15,453 nucleotides of DNA from an uncultured Myxococcales bacterium (lineage in GTDB: Bacteria > Myxococcota > UBA4151), in the NCBI GenBank assembly GCA_964013405.1, contig CAXGWI010000086.1:1-15453 (forward strand). The letters are read 5' to 3'. The notes beneath the pieces are model-generated. The model saw only the letters and a list, made by a program, of their open reading frames with translations. It was not told the DNA's origin and ran no database searches. Positions 7,769-15,453 of the stretch are shown in pieces. Positions within the stretch are counted from its first letter, which is position 1, and the number at the start of each line of letters is the position of its first letter. A program made the translations under genes and the position numbers.

Positions 7769-8926
7769 GTGAAGACCATCCGGGCCTGTCTGCTCCTCAG
7801 TCTTTCGGTGCTGATGCTCGGCTGCGACCCGGTCCCGCCAGAGCCCCCTTCGCCCCCAGTCCTCCGTGACCTCGTCCCCGGTTGTGATGGCAGTCGACTT
7901 GCTGCTCGGGACCCCGACCCCAGTCAACGGGGGCCGTGGACTGTCGGCGCCCGCAGCCTTGAGATCGGTGATCTCTGGGTTGAAGTGCTCTACCCAGCTG
8001 CGCCGGGCAGCGAGGCGGGTGCAACGCCCATGGAGGCCGACCTACGAGACGGGCTCCCGGAAAGCCAACGGGCTCTGGTCACCGACGAGAAGAACCCTGA
8101 GGTCCGCTGCGACTGCTTCTCCGACCTCCCCCTCGACAAAGAGGCTGGCCCTTACCCGGTCATTTTCTTTGTCCATGGGACCGCTTCCTGGCGGACCCAA
8201 TCCTTAAGCCTCATGACCCACTGGGCGTCACGGGGCTTCATCGTCGCCGCAGCCGATCACCCCGGGCTCTGGCTGGCCGATCTCCTGGCGGGCATCTGTG
8301 GTGAGCCCGTGGGTGCTCGGCAGGACCTCAACCGAGATCTCCGACAACTCCATGAAGCCTTCCAGCTTGGCTCCGGTGGTCTGGCCTTCCTCGCTGACCA
8401 CGTGAACCTCGACCGCATCGCTGTCGCTGGACATAGCGCAGGCGCGTCAGCAGCTGCCGGTGCTGGGGATCTCCCAGGCGTTCAAACCGTAATCTCCTTA
8501 GCCGGGAACCGCTCCGTGATACCAAATCCAGACCTGCGTTCAGCCCTCTTCCTCGGCGGCATGACCGATCAGGTGATCCCATTCTCCCAAACCCAAAGGG
8601 CCTATACTGAGACCGCTCAAACCAGTCGCCTCTTAGGAATTACCGGTGGCGGACACCTGATCTTCTCCGACATCTGCGAACTCACCAACAGCGATGGGCA
8701 GAACCTGGTCGAAATTGCCACGGAAGCTGGGGTCTGTGGGACGCAGTTTGCGTCCCAACTCTTCGACTGTGCCGCCAGCACCATCCCGCCGGCTGAAGCG
8801 AAGCGCCTGGTCAACACGGCTTCCACCTGGGTCCTTGAGCAGGATCTACATTGTGCGGTGGGCGCATCTGACTTCGAGATGCTTGTGGACGATGATTGGA
8901 TTGAAGTCCTCGAGGTCAAGGACTGA
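7769..8926 (+). CDS. Lipoprotein alpha/beta hydrolase (PAF-acetylhydrolase/chlorophyllase/dienelactone hydrolase-like)
   Basis: GTG 7769 with GGAGG RBS at 7760-7764; lipobox MLG-C; GPYPVIFFVHG, HWASRGFIVAAADHPG, nucleophile elbow GHSAG, candidate Asp (GMTDQVI) and His (GGGHLIFSD). Confidence 0.88.
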   Translation: MKTIRACLLLSLSVLMLGCDPVPPEPPSPPVLRDLVPGCDGSRLAARDPDPSQRGPWTVGARSLEIGDLWVEVLYPAAPGSEAGATPMEADLRDGLPESQRALVTDEKNPEVRCDCFSDLPLDKEAGPYPVIFFVHGTASWRTQSLSLMTHWASRGFIVAAADHPGLWLADLLAGICGEPVGARQDLNRDLRQLHEAFQLGSGGLAFLADHVNLDRIAVAGHSAGASAAAGAGDLPGVQTVISLAGNRSVIPNPDLRSALFLGGMTDQVIPFSQTQRAYTETAQTSRLLGITGGGHLIFSDICELTNSDGQNLVEIATEAGVCGTQFASQLFDCAASTIPPAEAKRLVNTASTWVLEQDLHCAVGASDFEMLVDDDWIEVLEVKD

Positions 8927-10346
8927 GACCTTTACGCTGGGCTAGATGTGCTTTGGCAGTGGCGAGGAAACGCGCCCGGGCAGCGCGATGCTCGACAATG
9001 GGCTTCGGATAATCCTTAGCCAAGGTCACGCCAGCGTCTAAAAGAACGGATTCTGGTGCATTCCAGGGCTCGTGAATCCATCGTTTTGGAAGCCTGGCGA
9101 GCTCCGGGACCCACTGCCGCACATAGGTCCCCGCCGGATCGAAGCGCTGCCCCTGCAAGGTGGGATTGAAGACCCGAAAGTACGGTTGGGCATCGCAACC
9201 ACAACCGGCAGACCACTGCCATCCCAGGTTGTTTTGCGCCCAGTCGCCATCGACGAGGTAGCGCATATAGTGGGCTTCTCCCCGTTGGTAGTGGATCCCC
9301 AAGTGCTTGGTTAGAAAGCTGGCTGCGATCATCCGGGCCCGGTTATGCACAAAGCCCTCGACCAACAACTGGCGGGCCGCAGCATCCACGACGGGGTAAC
9401 CGGTCTGACCTTGAACCCAAGCTTGCCAACCGGCCGGATCTTCAAGCCAGGGAAAGCCCTCGAAGTCCGCCCTAAAGGGGCGCTCTAACAGATCCGGCCA
9501 GTGCCATAGACTATGGTGACTAAACTCTCGCCACACCAACTGCCGCTGAAAGGCTGCACCGCCCCCGGGGCGGGCTTCGGCCGTCTCGATAGCCCACCAG
9601 ACCTGCCTCGGCGACAGAAGGCCGAATTTGAGATCGGCGGACAAGCGGGAGGTGCCCTCCTGATCCAAGCGGTCTCGCCCTTTCACATAGCGGTCTGCTG
9701 GCCCCCGGAGAAAGGTATCGAGGCGAGACCACGCAGCTTGCTCGCCCCCACGAATGAGGCGCTCGTTGGCTACGACCCCCAATTCCTCAAGCCCTGGAAT
9801 GCCCTCGTCGAGGGCTAAGATCTCGGGCGGCAGTGAAGGCAACCGTTCGGGCCTAGGGAGCGGAGCCTTGAGTTCGAAGACCCGCTGGAATGCTCGCCAG
9901 AAGGGGGTAAACACGCGAAACGCCTGCCCAGAAGCCGTCAGGATGTCCCCCGGGGGCATAAGCGTCTCCCCTTCGAACACGTGAAATGGGACCTGTAGCC
10001 GACTTGCGATCGAATCATCCCTTTTTCGACCAAACCGCTCGGACCAGCGAGTCGCGAGGACTCGATCCGCAGACCAGGCACGGCTCAACTCAGCGAGTCG
10101 ATCAAAGGACGCTCCCCGCAAACAGATCAGGTCGCTCCCACGGGCCTGGAGCGCGGCCTTAAGCGCCTGGGCAGATTCAAGCAAAAACTGGATCCTATGA
10201 CCCATTTGAACTGCTCTTTCGGGGGCGAAGAAGTAGGGATCAAAGATGAAAACCGGAAGGACCTCACCGGCGGCGATACCGGCAGCGAGCGGCTGGTGAT
10301 CAGCGAGCCGTAAATCCTTACCTCTAAACCACACAATTGATCGCAC
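8916..10346 (-). CDS. phrB: Deoxyribodipyrimidine (CPD) photolyase
   Basis: IVWFRGKDLRLADH, FRVFTPFW, GTSRLSADLKFG, RQLVWREF, GQTGYPVVDAAARQL, HNRARMIAASFLTK, WQWSAG..DAQPYFRVFNP. Start GTG 10346 with AGGGG upstream. Confidence 0.96.
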   Translation of the reverse strand: MRSIVWFRGKDLRLADHQPLAAGIAAGEVLPVFIFDPYFFAPERAVQMGHRIQFLLESAQALKAALQARGSDLICLRGASFDRLAELSRAWSADRVLATRWSERFGRKRDDSIASRLQVPFHVFEGETLMPPGDILTASGQAFRVFTPFWRAFQRVFELKAPLPRPERLPSLPPEILALDEGIPGLEELGVVANERLIRGGEQAAWSRLDTFLRGPADRYVKGRDRLDQEGTSRLSADLKFGLLSPRQVWWAIETAEARPGGGAAFQRQLVWREFSHHSLWHWPDLLERPFRADFEGFPWLEDPAGWQAWVQGQTGYPVVDAAARQLLVEGFVHNRARMIAASFLTKHLGIHYQRGEAHYMRYLVDGDWAQNNLGWQWSAGCGCDAQPYFRVFNPTLQGQRFDPAGTYVRQWVPELARLPKRWIHEPWNAPESVLLDAGVTLAKDYPKPIVEHRAARARFLATAKAHLAQRKGLSP

Positions 10347-10358
10347 TCGGGCCCCTAC

Positions 10359-10408
10359 TTGAACGATTTGGTCGTTTGCACTATGCTTGGCCCGCAATCG
10401 GAGTGCAA
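10359..10408. promoter_or_regulatory. Overlapping divergent sigma70-like promoters for phrB and the DUF523-DUF1722 gene
   Basis: Plus strand: TTGAAC (10359-10364)-N17-TATGCT (10382-10387). Minus strand: TTGCAC (10408-10403)-N17-CATAGT (10385-10380). Inverted repeats AACGA-N5-TCGTT and TTGCACT-N19-AGTGCAA. Confidence 0.55.
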
Positions 10409-10413
10409 GGCAG

Positions 10414-11403
10414 ATGGAATCCTTTGAAGATCGCGTCGACTTTGGGGCAGGCTCGAAACCCGTGGTTGGTGTTTCCAGTTGCCTGCTTGGAAAGAACGTC
10501 CGCTACAATGGTGGGCACACCATGGATAAATTCGTGGCTCACGACCTCAGCCAGCACTTCGAGTACATCCTCGTCTGCCCGGAGATGGCTATCGGTCTTG
10601 GCACGCCACGCCCCACCTTGCGACTGGTGGAATCGGTGGATTCCGACTCGATTCGACTCCAAACGGCGACGGGGGACTCGGACGTCACCGACCGAATGGT
10701 CGCCTTCGCCACACAGTGGGCTGAAGCGGAAGGCGAGCGCCTGCGGGGCTTCGTTGCCATGCGGAAGTCGCCCTCCTGTGGCGTTCATCGAGTCAAGGTC
10801 TACTCGGAACGCTCCGGCATGCCACAGACGAAGGGCGAGGGACTCTTCATTCGGGCTTTGCGGCAGGCCCAACCCCTCCTCCCCATGGACGAGGGTGGGC
10901 GCTTGAACGATCCGGCGCTACGGGAGAACTTCCTCACTCGGGTCTTCGCCTACACCCGCCTGAAAGATTTGTTCGCCGCCCCCTGGACCCAGGGCGACCT
11001 GGTCCGGTTTCACTCCCGGGAGAAGATGCTGCTGCTGGCCCACGACAACCAGGGCTATCGCAGGTTGGGGCGCTTTGTCGCCAATGCGGCCTCTGAGCAT
11101 CGCACCACAGTCGAGGCCGTCTACTGCCAGGGCTTTATGGAGTGTCTCCAGCAGCCGTCGAACCCAGGCCGCCACACGAATGTATTGCAACACCTGGCCG
11201 GTTTTCTGCGGCCTAAGCTCCCCAGCCAAGAGCGGCAGGAGCTTGCGGATCTGATCCACGGTTACCGCGAGGGCAAAGTCCCACGGCTGGCCCCTTTAAC
11301 CCTGCTGAACCATCACCTCCGCCGCCTGAAGGTCCATTACGTCTTGGGGCAAAGTTATCTCCGCCCCCATCCCAGCGGGCTCGACCGCTTTCACCACTTC
11401 TAG
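10414..11403 (+). CDS. rudS: DUF523 (TudS-like Fe-S desulfidase)-DUF1722 (YbgA) fusion; RudS-like tRNA 4-thiouridine desulfidase
   Basis: VGVSSCLLG.NVRYNGG, VCPEMAIGLGTPRP and KSPSCG (three conserved Cys) followed by EGGRLNDPALRENF, FHSREK.LLLAH, NVLQHLAGF, QSYL.PHP; next to photolyase as usual for this family. Start ATG 10414. The symbol is assigned from domain architecture. Confidence 0.88.
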   Translation: MESFEDRVDFGAGSKPVVGVSSCLLGKNVRYNGGHTMDKFVAHDLSQHFEYILVCPEMAIGLGTPRPTLRLVESVDSDSIRLQTATGDSDVTDRMVAFATQWAEAEGERLRGFVAMRKSPSCGVHRVKVYSERSGMPQTKGEGLFIRALRQAQPLLPMDEGGRLNDPALRENFLTRVFAYTRLKDLFAAPWTQGDLVRFHSREKMLLLAHDNQGYRRLGRFVANAASEHRTTVEAVYCQGFMECLQQPSNPGRHTNVLQHLAGFLRPKLPSQERQELADLIHGYREGKVPRLAPLTLLNHHLRRLKVHYVLGQSYLRPHPSGLDRFHHF

Positions 11404-11412
11404 GGGACTCTG

Positions 11413-12141
11413 ATGCGTCTCAGCTTTTTAACCATCGTCCTCGCCACCTTGCCGGGCCTGGCCCATGCGCACAAACCATCCTACTCGGAAGGGCAGTACA
11501 ACAATGCAGCCTCGGCCTGGAGTATCCAAGATCCAGACGTCTCCATCGTTCTGTACCATCCGGTGGAGTGTCGTTCTCAAGTCCTCTGGCTGCGCTATGA
11601 GGTGCCTGAGTCCCGTGAGATCTTCGTCCAACTCGGCGTCCCGAAGATCGATCGCTTGGGCGACTATGAGCCCCGACTCGCCTTCGTTCACAGCCAGGGC
11701 GAAGAAGGGACTGATCTCCCCTTCACGCCACCCGAAGGCTATGGTGTCAGCCCCCTGCCCCTCGATGCCGAGCGTCAAGATTTCTTTGAACCCTTTACCC
11801 AGACCGAATCTTGGATATTGCTTGAGCGTAAAGTTCGTGTCCCGGCCGGCGTGGGCTATCTTGCGGCCTGGCATCCAGAGGGGCGAACCGGCAAGCTCTG
11901 GGTCGCGGTTGGTGATGTCGAAGACTTCGGTGAACAAGATTGGGCGGACATCGATTCATGGTATTACAACACCCGGTACTTCCACGAACTCATCCCAGAG
12001 GGCGATGCGCCCGTGACCGCCTACTGCGAACCGCCAGCGGATGCGCTGAGTCCCGGTGGATGTTCAGCCCTATCGGGAAGTTCCGCGCTCCTCTTGCTGA
12101 GCCTTACTGTGCTCCGGCGTCGGCGCCGCAGAGGCTCATGA
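11413..12141 (+). CDS. Exported hypothetical protein with C-terminal MYXO-CTERM-like sorting signal
   Basis: Signal peptide ending AHA|HKP; C-terminus GGCSALSGSSALLLLSLTVLRRRRRRGS (GGC, hydrophobic helix, poly-Arg); starts 9 nt after the previous stop with GGGGA RBS. Confidence 0.8.
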   Translation: MRLSFLTIVLATLPGLAHAHKPSYSEGQYNNAASAWSIQDPDVSIVLYHPVECRSQVLWLRYEVPESREIFVQLGVPKIDRLGDYEPRLAFVHSQGEEGTDLPFTPPEGYGVSPLPLDAERQDFFEPFTQTESWILLERKVRVPAGVGYLAAWHPEGRTGKLWVAVGDVEDFGEQDWADIDSWYYNTRYFHELIPEGDAPVTAYCEPPADALSPGGCSALSGSSALLLLSLTVLRRRRRRGS

Positions 12142-12992
12142 GAGCTGCCCTCCCTGGGCTGATGTCCGGGCTCGCATTCCTCGCCTGCACAGCAAGCCCC
12201 GAGTCCGTGAGTCAGCCCCAAGCGCCCCCTCCTGTTGCCAGTGAGCCTGCCCCGGTCACCGAGAAGTCTCAGGCTGTCTCGGCGCCGAGGAAGCCCAACG
12301 AACAGGTGGCGATGAGCGTCACCTGGGCTCAGATCGAGGGTTCAGGCCCACCCCAGCTCGTGGCCCAGTTGGAGGCGATCCCCGAATGGCACATCTACTG
12401 GGCGCACCCGGGTGACGCCGGCCTGCCCACCCGCTTTCGCCTGCAACGGGGCGCTGCTGAGTTGCCCCACGACACCCGCATGCCACTGCCAAAAAGAATG
12501 ACCAGCGCCGGCGACATCGTCAGCTATGGCTATGAGGGTAAAACCCACTTCTTCATCGACAGTGAGCAGGCTCGCAGCGGCGGCGAATTCTCCCTGCGAG
12601 CCGATTGGCTTGCCTGCAAAGAAATCTGCATCAAAGGCAAGGCCACAGTGACCGTCCCGCCCCCGCCCAAAAGGGGCTCACAGCCGACAGATACGATGAC
12701 ATCTGATTGGCAAGAGGTCCCGAAAGGAAAGGCGATTAAATGGCAAAGGGAAGGCCCAGCCTGGGTCCTCGAGGTCGCAACGGCAAAGCGCGTCGAGCTC
12801 TATCCCCACGGGGCCTTACAACTGGCCCTGGACCAGACCCGCCCTCCCTACTGCAAAGGCAAGCGCTGCCGGATCAAATTGCCCCCCTCAGCGTTGCAAG
12901 AGAACCCCACGCTGGCCTATACCCTACGCATTGAAAATACGGACACGACCCACGGGCTCGAAGCCGACTTCCTGAAAGGAATTCAACCATGA
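12138..12992 (+). CDS. Lipoprotein containing only the DsbD/ScsB N-terminal (alpha) disulfide-reductase domain
   Basis: ATG 12138 in ATGA overlap; lipobox FLA-C; WHIYWAHPGDAGLPT, SYGYEG, WLACKEICIKG; no transmembrane bundle or thioredoxin domain before the stop. Confidence 0.85.
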   Translation: MRAALPGLMSGLAFLACTASPESVSQPQAPPPVASEPAPVTEKSQAVSAPRKPNEQVAMSVTWAQIEGSGPPQLVAQLEAIPEWHIYWAHPGDAGLPTRFRLQRGAAELPHDTRMPLPKRMTSAGDIVSYGYEGKTHFFIDSEQARSGGEFSLRADWLACKEICIKGKATVTVPPPPKRGSQPTDTMTSDWQEVPKGKAIKWQREGPAWVLEVATAKRVELYPHGALQLALDQTRPPYCKGKRCRIKLPPSALQENPTLAYTLRIENTDTTHGLEADFLKGIQP

Positions 12993-13663
12993 TCATCCGC
13001 CGACTCACCCCCCTCGCTCTGCTCGTCTTCGCCAGCCCCGGCCTCGCGGCGCCACCGGTCCTCGCCCACTGCGGCGGCTGTGGTACCGGTGGCAGCAGTC
13101 ACGGCGTCCATAAACACAGCGCTAAAAAAGCCAAACTCGGCGCTCCAGCACCGGATTTCACCCTCACCGACCTCGCGGGCAAGAAGCACGACCTCTCCAA
13201 CTACAAGGGCAAAACCGTGGTCCTCGAATGGTTCAACCCGGGCTGTCCGTTTGTTGTCGCCGCCCATGAAAAGGATGGCGTCCTCCAGACCATGGCGAAA
13301 GAATATGCTGCCAAAGGTGTGGTGTGGTTGGCCGTGAACTCCAGCGCGGTGGGGCGCCAGGGCCACGGCAAAGCAACCAACAGTAAAGCCGCAAAGAAAT
13401 GGAAGATGGATCACCCCATCTTGGTGGATGAGAAAGGCAGCGTAGGCAAAGCGTACGGCGCCAAAACGACCCCTCACATGTTCGTCGTGAACAAGGCCGG
13501 CAAGTTGGTCTACAAAGGGGCTCCAGACAACGCCCCCTATGGCAATCCCAGCGGCAGCCTAGAGCCCTACCTCGCCAATGCGCTTGCCGACGTGGCGGCC
13601 GGCAAAAAGGTCCGAAAATCCAGCACCAAAGCCTGGGGCTGCAGCGTGAAATACGCCCGCTAA
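12989..13663 (+). CDS. Exported thioredoxin-fold AhpC/TSA (peroxiredoxin-like) protein
   Basis: Signal peptide; [60 protein letters not shown] overlap with the previous gene. Confidence 0.92.
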   Translation: MIIRRLTPLALLVFASPGLAAPPVLAHCGGCGTGGSSHGVHKHSAKKAKLGAPAPDFTLTDLAGKKHDLSNYKGKTVVLEWFNPGCPFVVAAHEKDGVLQTMAKEYAAKGVVWLAVNSSAVGRQGHGKATNSKAAKKWKMDHPILVDEKGSVGKAYGAKTTPHMFVVNKAGKLVYKGAPDNAPYGNPSGSLEPYLANALADVAAGKKVRKSSTKAWGCSVKYAR

Positions 13664-13665
13664 TC

Positions 13666-14067
13666 ATGACGGCCACGCACCAAGTCGAAGTGTTCTTCGA
13701 TGGGGACTGCCCCCTTTGCGTCCGGGAGATCCAGATGCTCCGGGCCATGGACCGCAAAGATCGGATTCGCTTCACCGACATCGCACAGCCTGACTTCAAC
13801 GCGTCGGACTACGGAAAAACCCAAGACGAGTTCATGGCTCGTATCCAAGGGCGCGATGGGGAGGGCCAATGGCTTGAAGGGGTCGAGGTGTTCCGGCGCC
13901 TGTATTCAGCCGTAGGCCTTGGTCCTCTGGTGATGCTGACCCGACTGCCTGGCTTGGCCCAGTTGCTCGATGTTGGCTACGTTTGGTTTGCCAAAAACCG
14001 GCTCCGGCTCACCGGTCGCTGTGATGACGAGGGGCTTTGCCAACCGCCGGAAACACGAGGGACTTAA
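13666..14067 (+). CDS. DCC1-like thiol-disulfide oxidoreductase (DUF393)
   Basis: [14 protein letters not shown] (DxxCxxC), [31 protein letters not shown]; starts 2 nt after the previous stop. Confidence 0.93.
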   Translation: MTATHQVEVFFDGDCPLCVREIQMLRAMDRKDRIRFTDIAQPDFNASDYGKTQDEFMARIQGRDGEGQWLEGVEVFRRLYSAVGLGPLVMLTRLPGLAQLLDVGYVWFAKNRLRLTGRCDDEGLCQPPETRGT

Positions 14068-14145
14068 CCCGCGGCGCAGCTCCGCATTGCGTGGATCGGC
14101 TGCTCCATGCACACTCGCCGCGTCCTTTCGTGAAAGGTTCGGACC

Positions 14146-14727
14146 GTGCTCGCCTCTCTCACCGCCGTCGTCCTCGTCTTCGGGACACCGGCTGCTCCCA
14201 TCCCGGTGCCACCGGCAGCGGCTGCCTGTGTCTCCTGTCATGGTGAAAAGAGCCTGGGTAAAGCAGCCATGGGTGCGCCTGCTCTGGCGGGCCAGCACGA
14301 AGCGTATCTGCTCAAACAACTCCTGCGTTATCAAAAAGGCCAACTGGCCAAAGGCCCGGCCGGCGCCACGGCCCAGATGATGACAGGCTTTGTGGCTGCC
14401 TTGGATGAAGCCACATTGCGCCAACTGGCTCGCTACTACTCCAAGTTACCTGCGCCCGCGGCGAAACCAGCGAAAGCAGACCCTGCAGCGGCCCTTTATT
14501 TGCAGAACTGTGGCAGTTGTCATGGCCGAGAAGCGGAAGGCAATCAGGCCTTAGCGACACCGGGTTTACGCCGCCTCTCCAAGACCTTTCTGAGCAACCA
14601 AATGGCTCGGTACCGAAGCCCAGGCTTGCTGGACCAAGATCCTCAGGGTGCGTCCATGAGCCTGGCGGTGAAGCCGCTTTCGGAAGCGAAACTCAAAGCC
14701 ATTATCGATTGGCTTGCTCGCCTCTAG
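14146..14727 (+). CDS. Periplasmic diheme cytochrome c (c4/c553 type)
   Basis: Signal-like N-terminus; two CxxCH motifs (CVSCH, CGSCH); PALAGQHEAYLLKQL; candidate axial Met in AQMM and GASM. Confidence 0.9.
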   Translation: MLASLTAVVLVFGTPAAPIPVPPAAAACVSCHGEKSLGKAAMGAPALAGQHEAYLLKQLLRYQKGQLAKGPAGATAQMMTGFVAALDEATLRQLARYYSKLPAPAAKPAKADPAAALYLQNCGSCHGREAEGNQALATPGLRRLSKTFLSNQMARYRSPGLLDQDPQGASMSLAVKPLSEAKLKAIIDWLARL

Positions 14728-14730
14728 GCA

Positions 14731-15453
14731 TCAGACGGGATCGGCCCGCCATTCCGTGTAGCCGGATCGGGCAAAGGGCAGGCGACGAATCCGCTCTTCC
14801 GTCGCCCCAAAGATAGCATTTGCCACAGCGGCTGCGATGGGTGGCAGTCCTGTCTCGCCCACACCGGTCGGGACATCACCCGACGTGAGAATCTTCACTT
14901 CGATGGGGGGGACCTCGTCCATTCGCATGATGGGGTAATCATCAAAGCTACTCTGCTCAACAGCACCTTCTACCATGGTGATCTCGCCACGGGTCGCTGC
15001 GGACAAACCGTAAATGATGCCCCCCTCCATCTGCGCTTTCACCGTGTCCGGATTCACGACCAATCCGCAGTCGATGGCACACCAAATTCGGTGCAGGATA
15101 ACCACCTTGTCCGTGGAGACAGAAAGCTCCACGACCTGACCTACCACCGAGCCAAAAGACTCGTGAACGGCGATCCCGAGGTGGCGCCCTTTCGCCCGAG
15201 GCGTATCCCACTTCGCTAAGGTCGTCACCGCCTCGAGGACCGCCTTGTGCCGGGGATGATCCCCATAGAAACGCTTCCGAAAAGCGGCTGGGTCTTCGCC
15301 AGCGAGATGGGCGAGCTCGTCGGCCACACTCTCGACGAAGAAACCGTTATGGGAATGGCCGACAGCCCGCCAGAATCCGAGGGGCGTGTGGAGTTCAACG
15401 CCCAAGGAATCCACGTCCTTGCTGCCAATGGCGTAGGGCGGATCCTTCGCACC
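14731..15453 (-). CDS. iorB: Xanthine dehydrogenase-family molybdopterin-binding subunit (isoquinoline 1-oxidoreductase beta-like), 5' end outside window
   Basis: Frame is open to the window edge: GAKDPPYAI...PLGFWRAVGHSHNGFFVES..DELA, GIAVHESFGS, AIDCGLVVNPD.VKAQMEGGIIYGLS, PTGVGETGLPPIAAAVANAIF. Confidence 0.92.
   Translation of the reverse strand, partial: GAKDPPYAIGSKDVDSLGVELHTPLGFWRAVGHSHNGFFVESVADELAHLAGEDPAAFRKRFYGDHPRHKAVLEAVTTLAKWDTPRAKGRHLGIAVHESFGSVVGQVVELSVSTDKVVILHRIWCAIDCGLVVNPDTVKAQMEGGIIYGLSAATRGEITMVEGAVEQSSFDDYPIMRMDEVPPIEVKILTSGDVPTGVGETGLPPIAAAVANAIFGATEERIRRLPFARSGYTEWRADPV

Noticed and set aside
6739..7779. 346-aa minus-strand ORF
   Set aside because: Antisense shadow of the lipoprotein gene; no motifs.
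14146..15453. Cytochrome c as electron acceptor of the IorB-like enzyme
   Set aside because: The genes are convergent and not co-transcribed; adjacency alone is insufficient.

Overview
GC-rich bacterial chromosomal window. It is probably from a Myxococcota/deltaproteobacterium: this rests on one MYXO-CTERM-like sorting signal and several lipoproteins. Ni-SOD plus photolyase suggests a sunlit, possibly marine habitat (inference). Left to right: a partial FMN alpha-hydroxy acid oxidase (missed by the ORF track) coupled to a DUF805-SRPBCC membrane protein (-); sodN-sodX (+); a metal-dependent amidohydrolase (-); a ~600 bp non-coding gap with a nested, helix-rich candidate RNA and an AT-rich operator-like tract; three tandem lipoproteins (YceI, PPC-like, alpha/beta hydrolase) (+); a CPD photolyase (-) divergent from a tightly packed run of DUF523-DUF1722 (RudS-like), MYXO-CTERM protein, stand-alone DsbD N-domain lipoprotein, exported peroxiredoxin-like protein with an HCGGC N-terminus, DCC1-like oxidoreductase and diheme cytochrome c (+); and the C-terminal part of an IorB-like molybdoenzyme (-). 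I saw no mobile element, CRISPR array, tRNA or rRNA. The best leads are the candidate structured RNA at ~4940-5180 and a possibly light-controlled envelope redox operon behind interlocked divergent promoters. All family calls are by eye from motifs; no searches were run.
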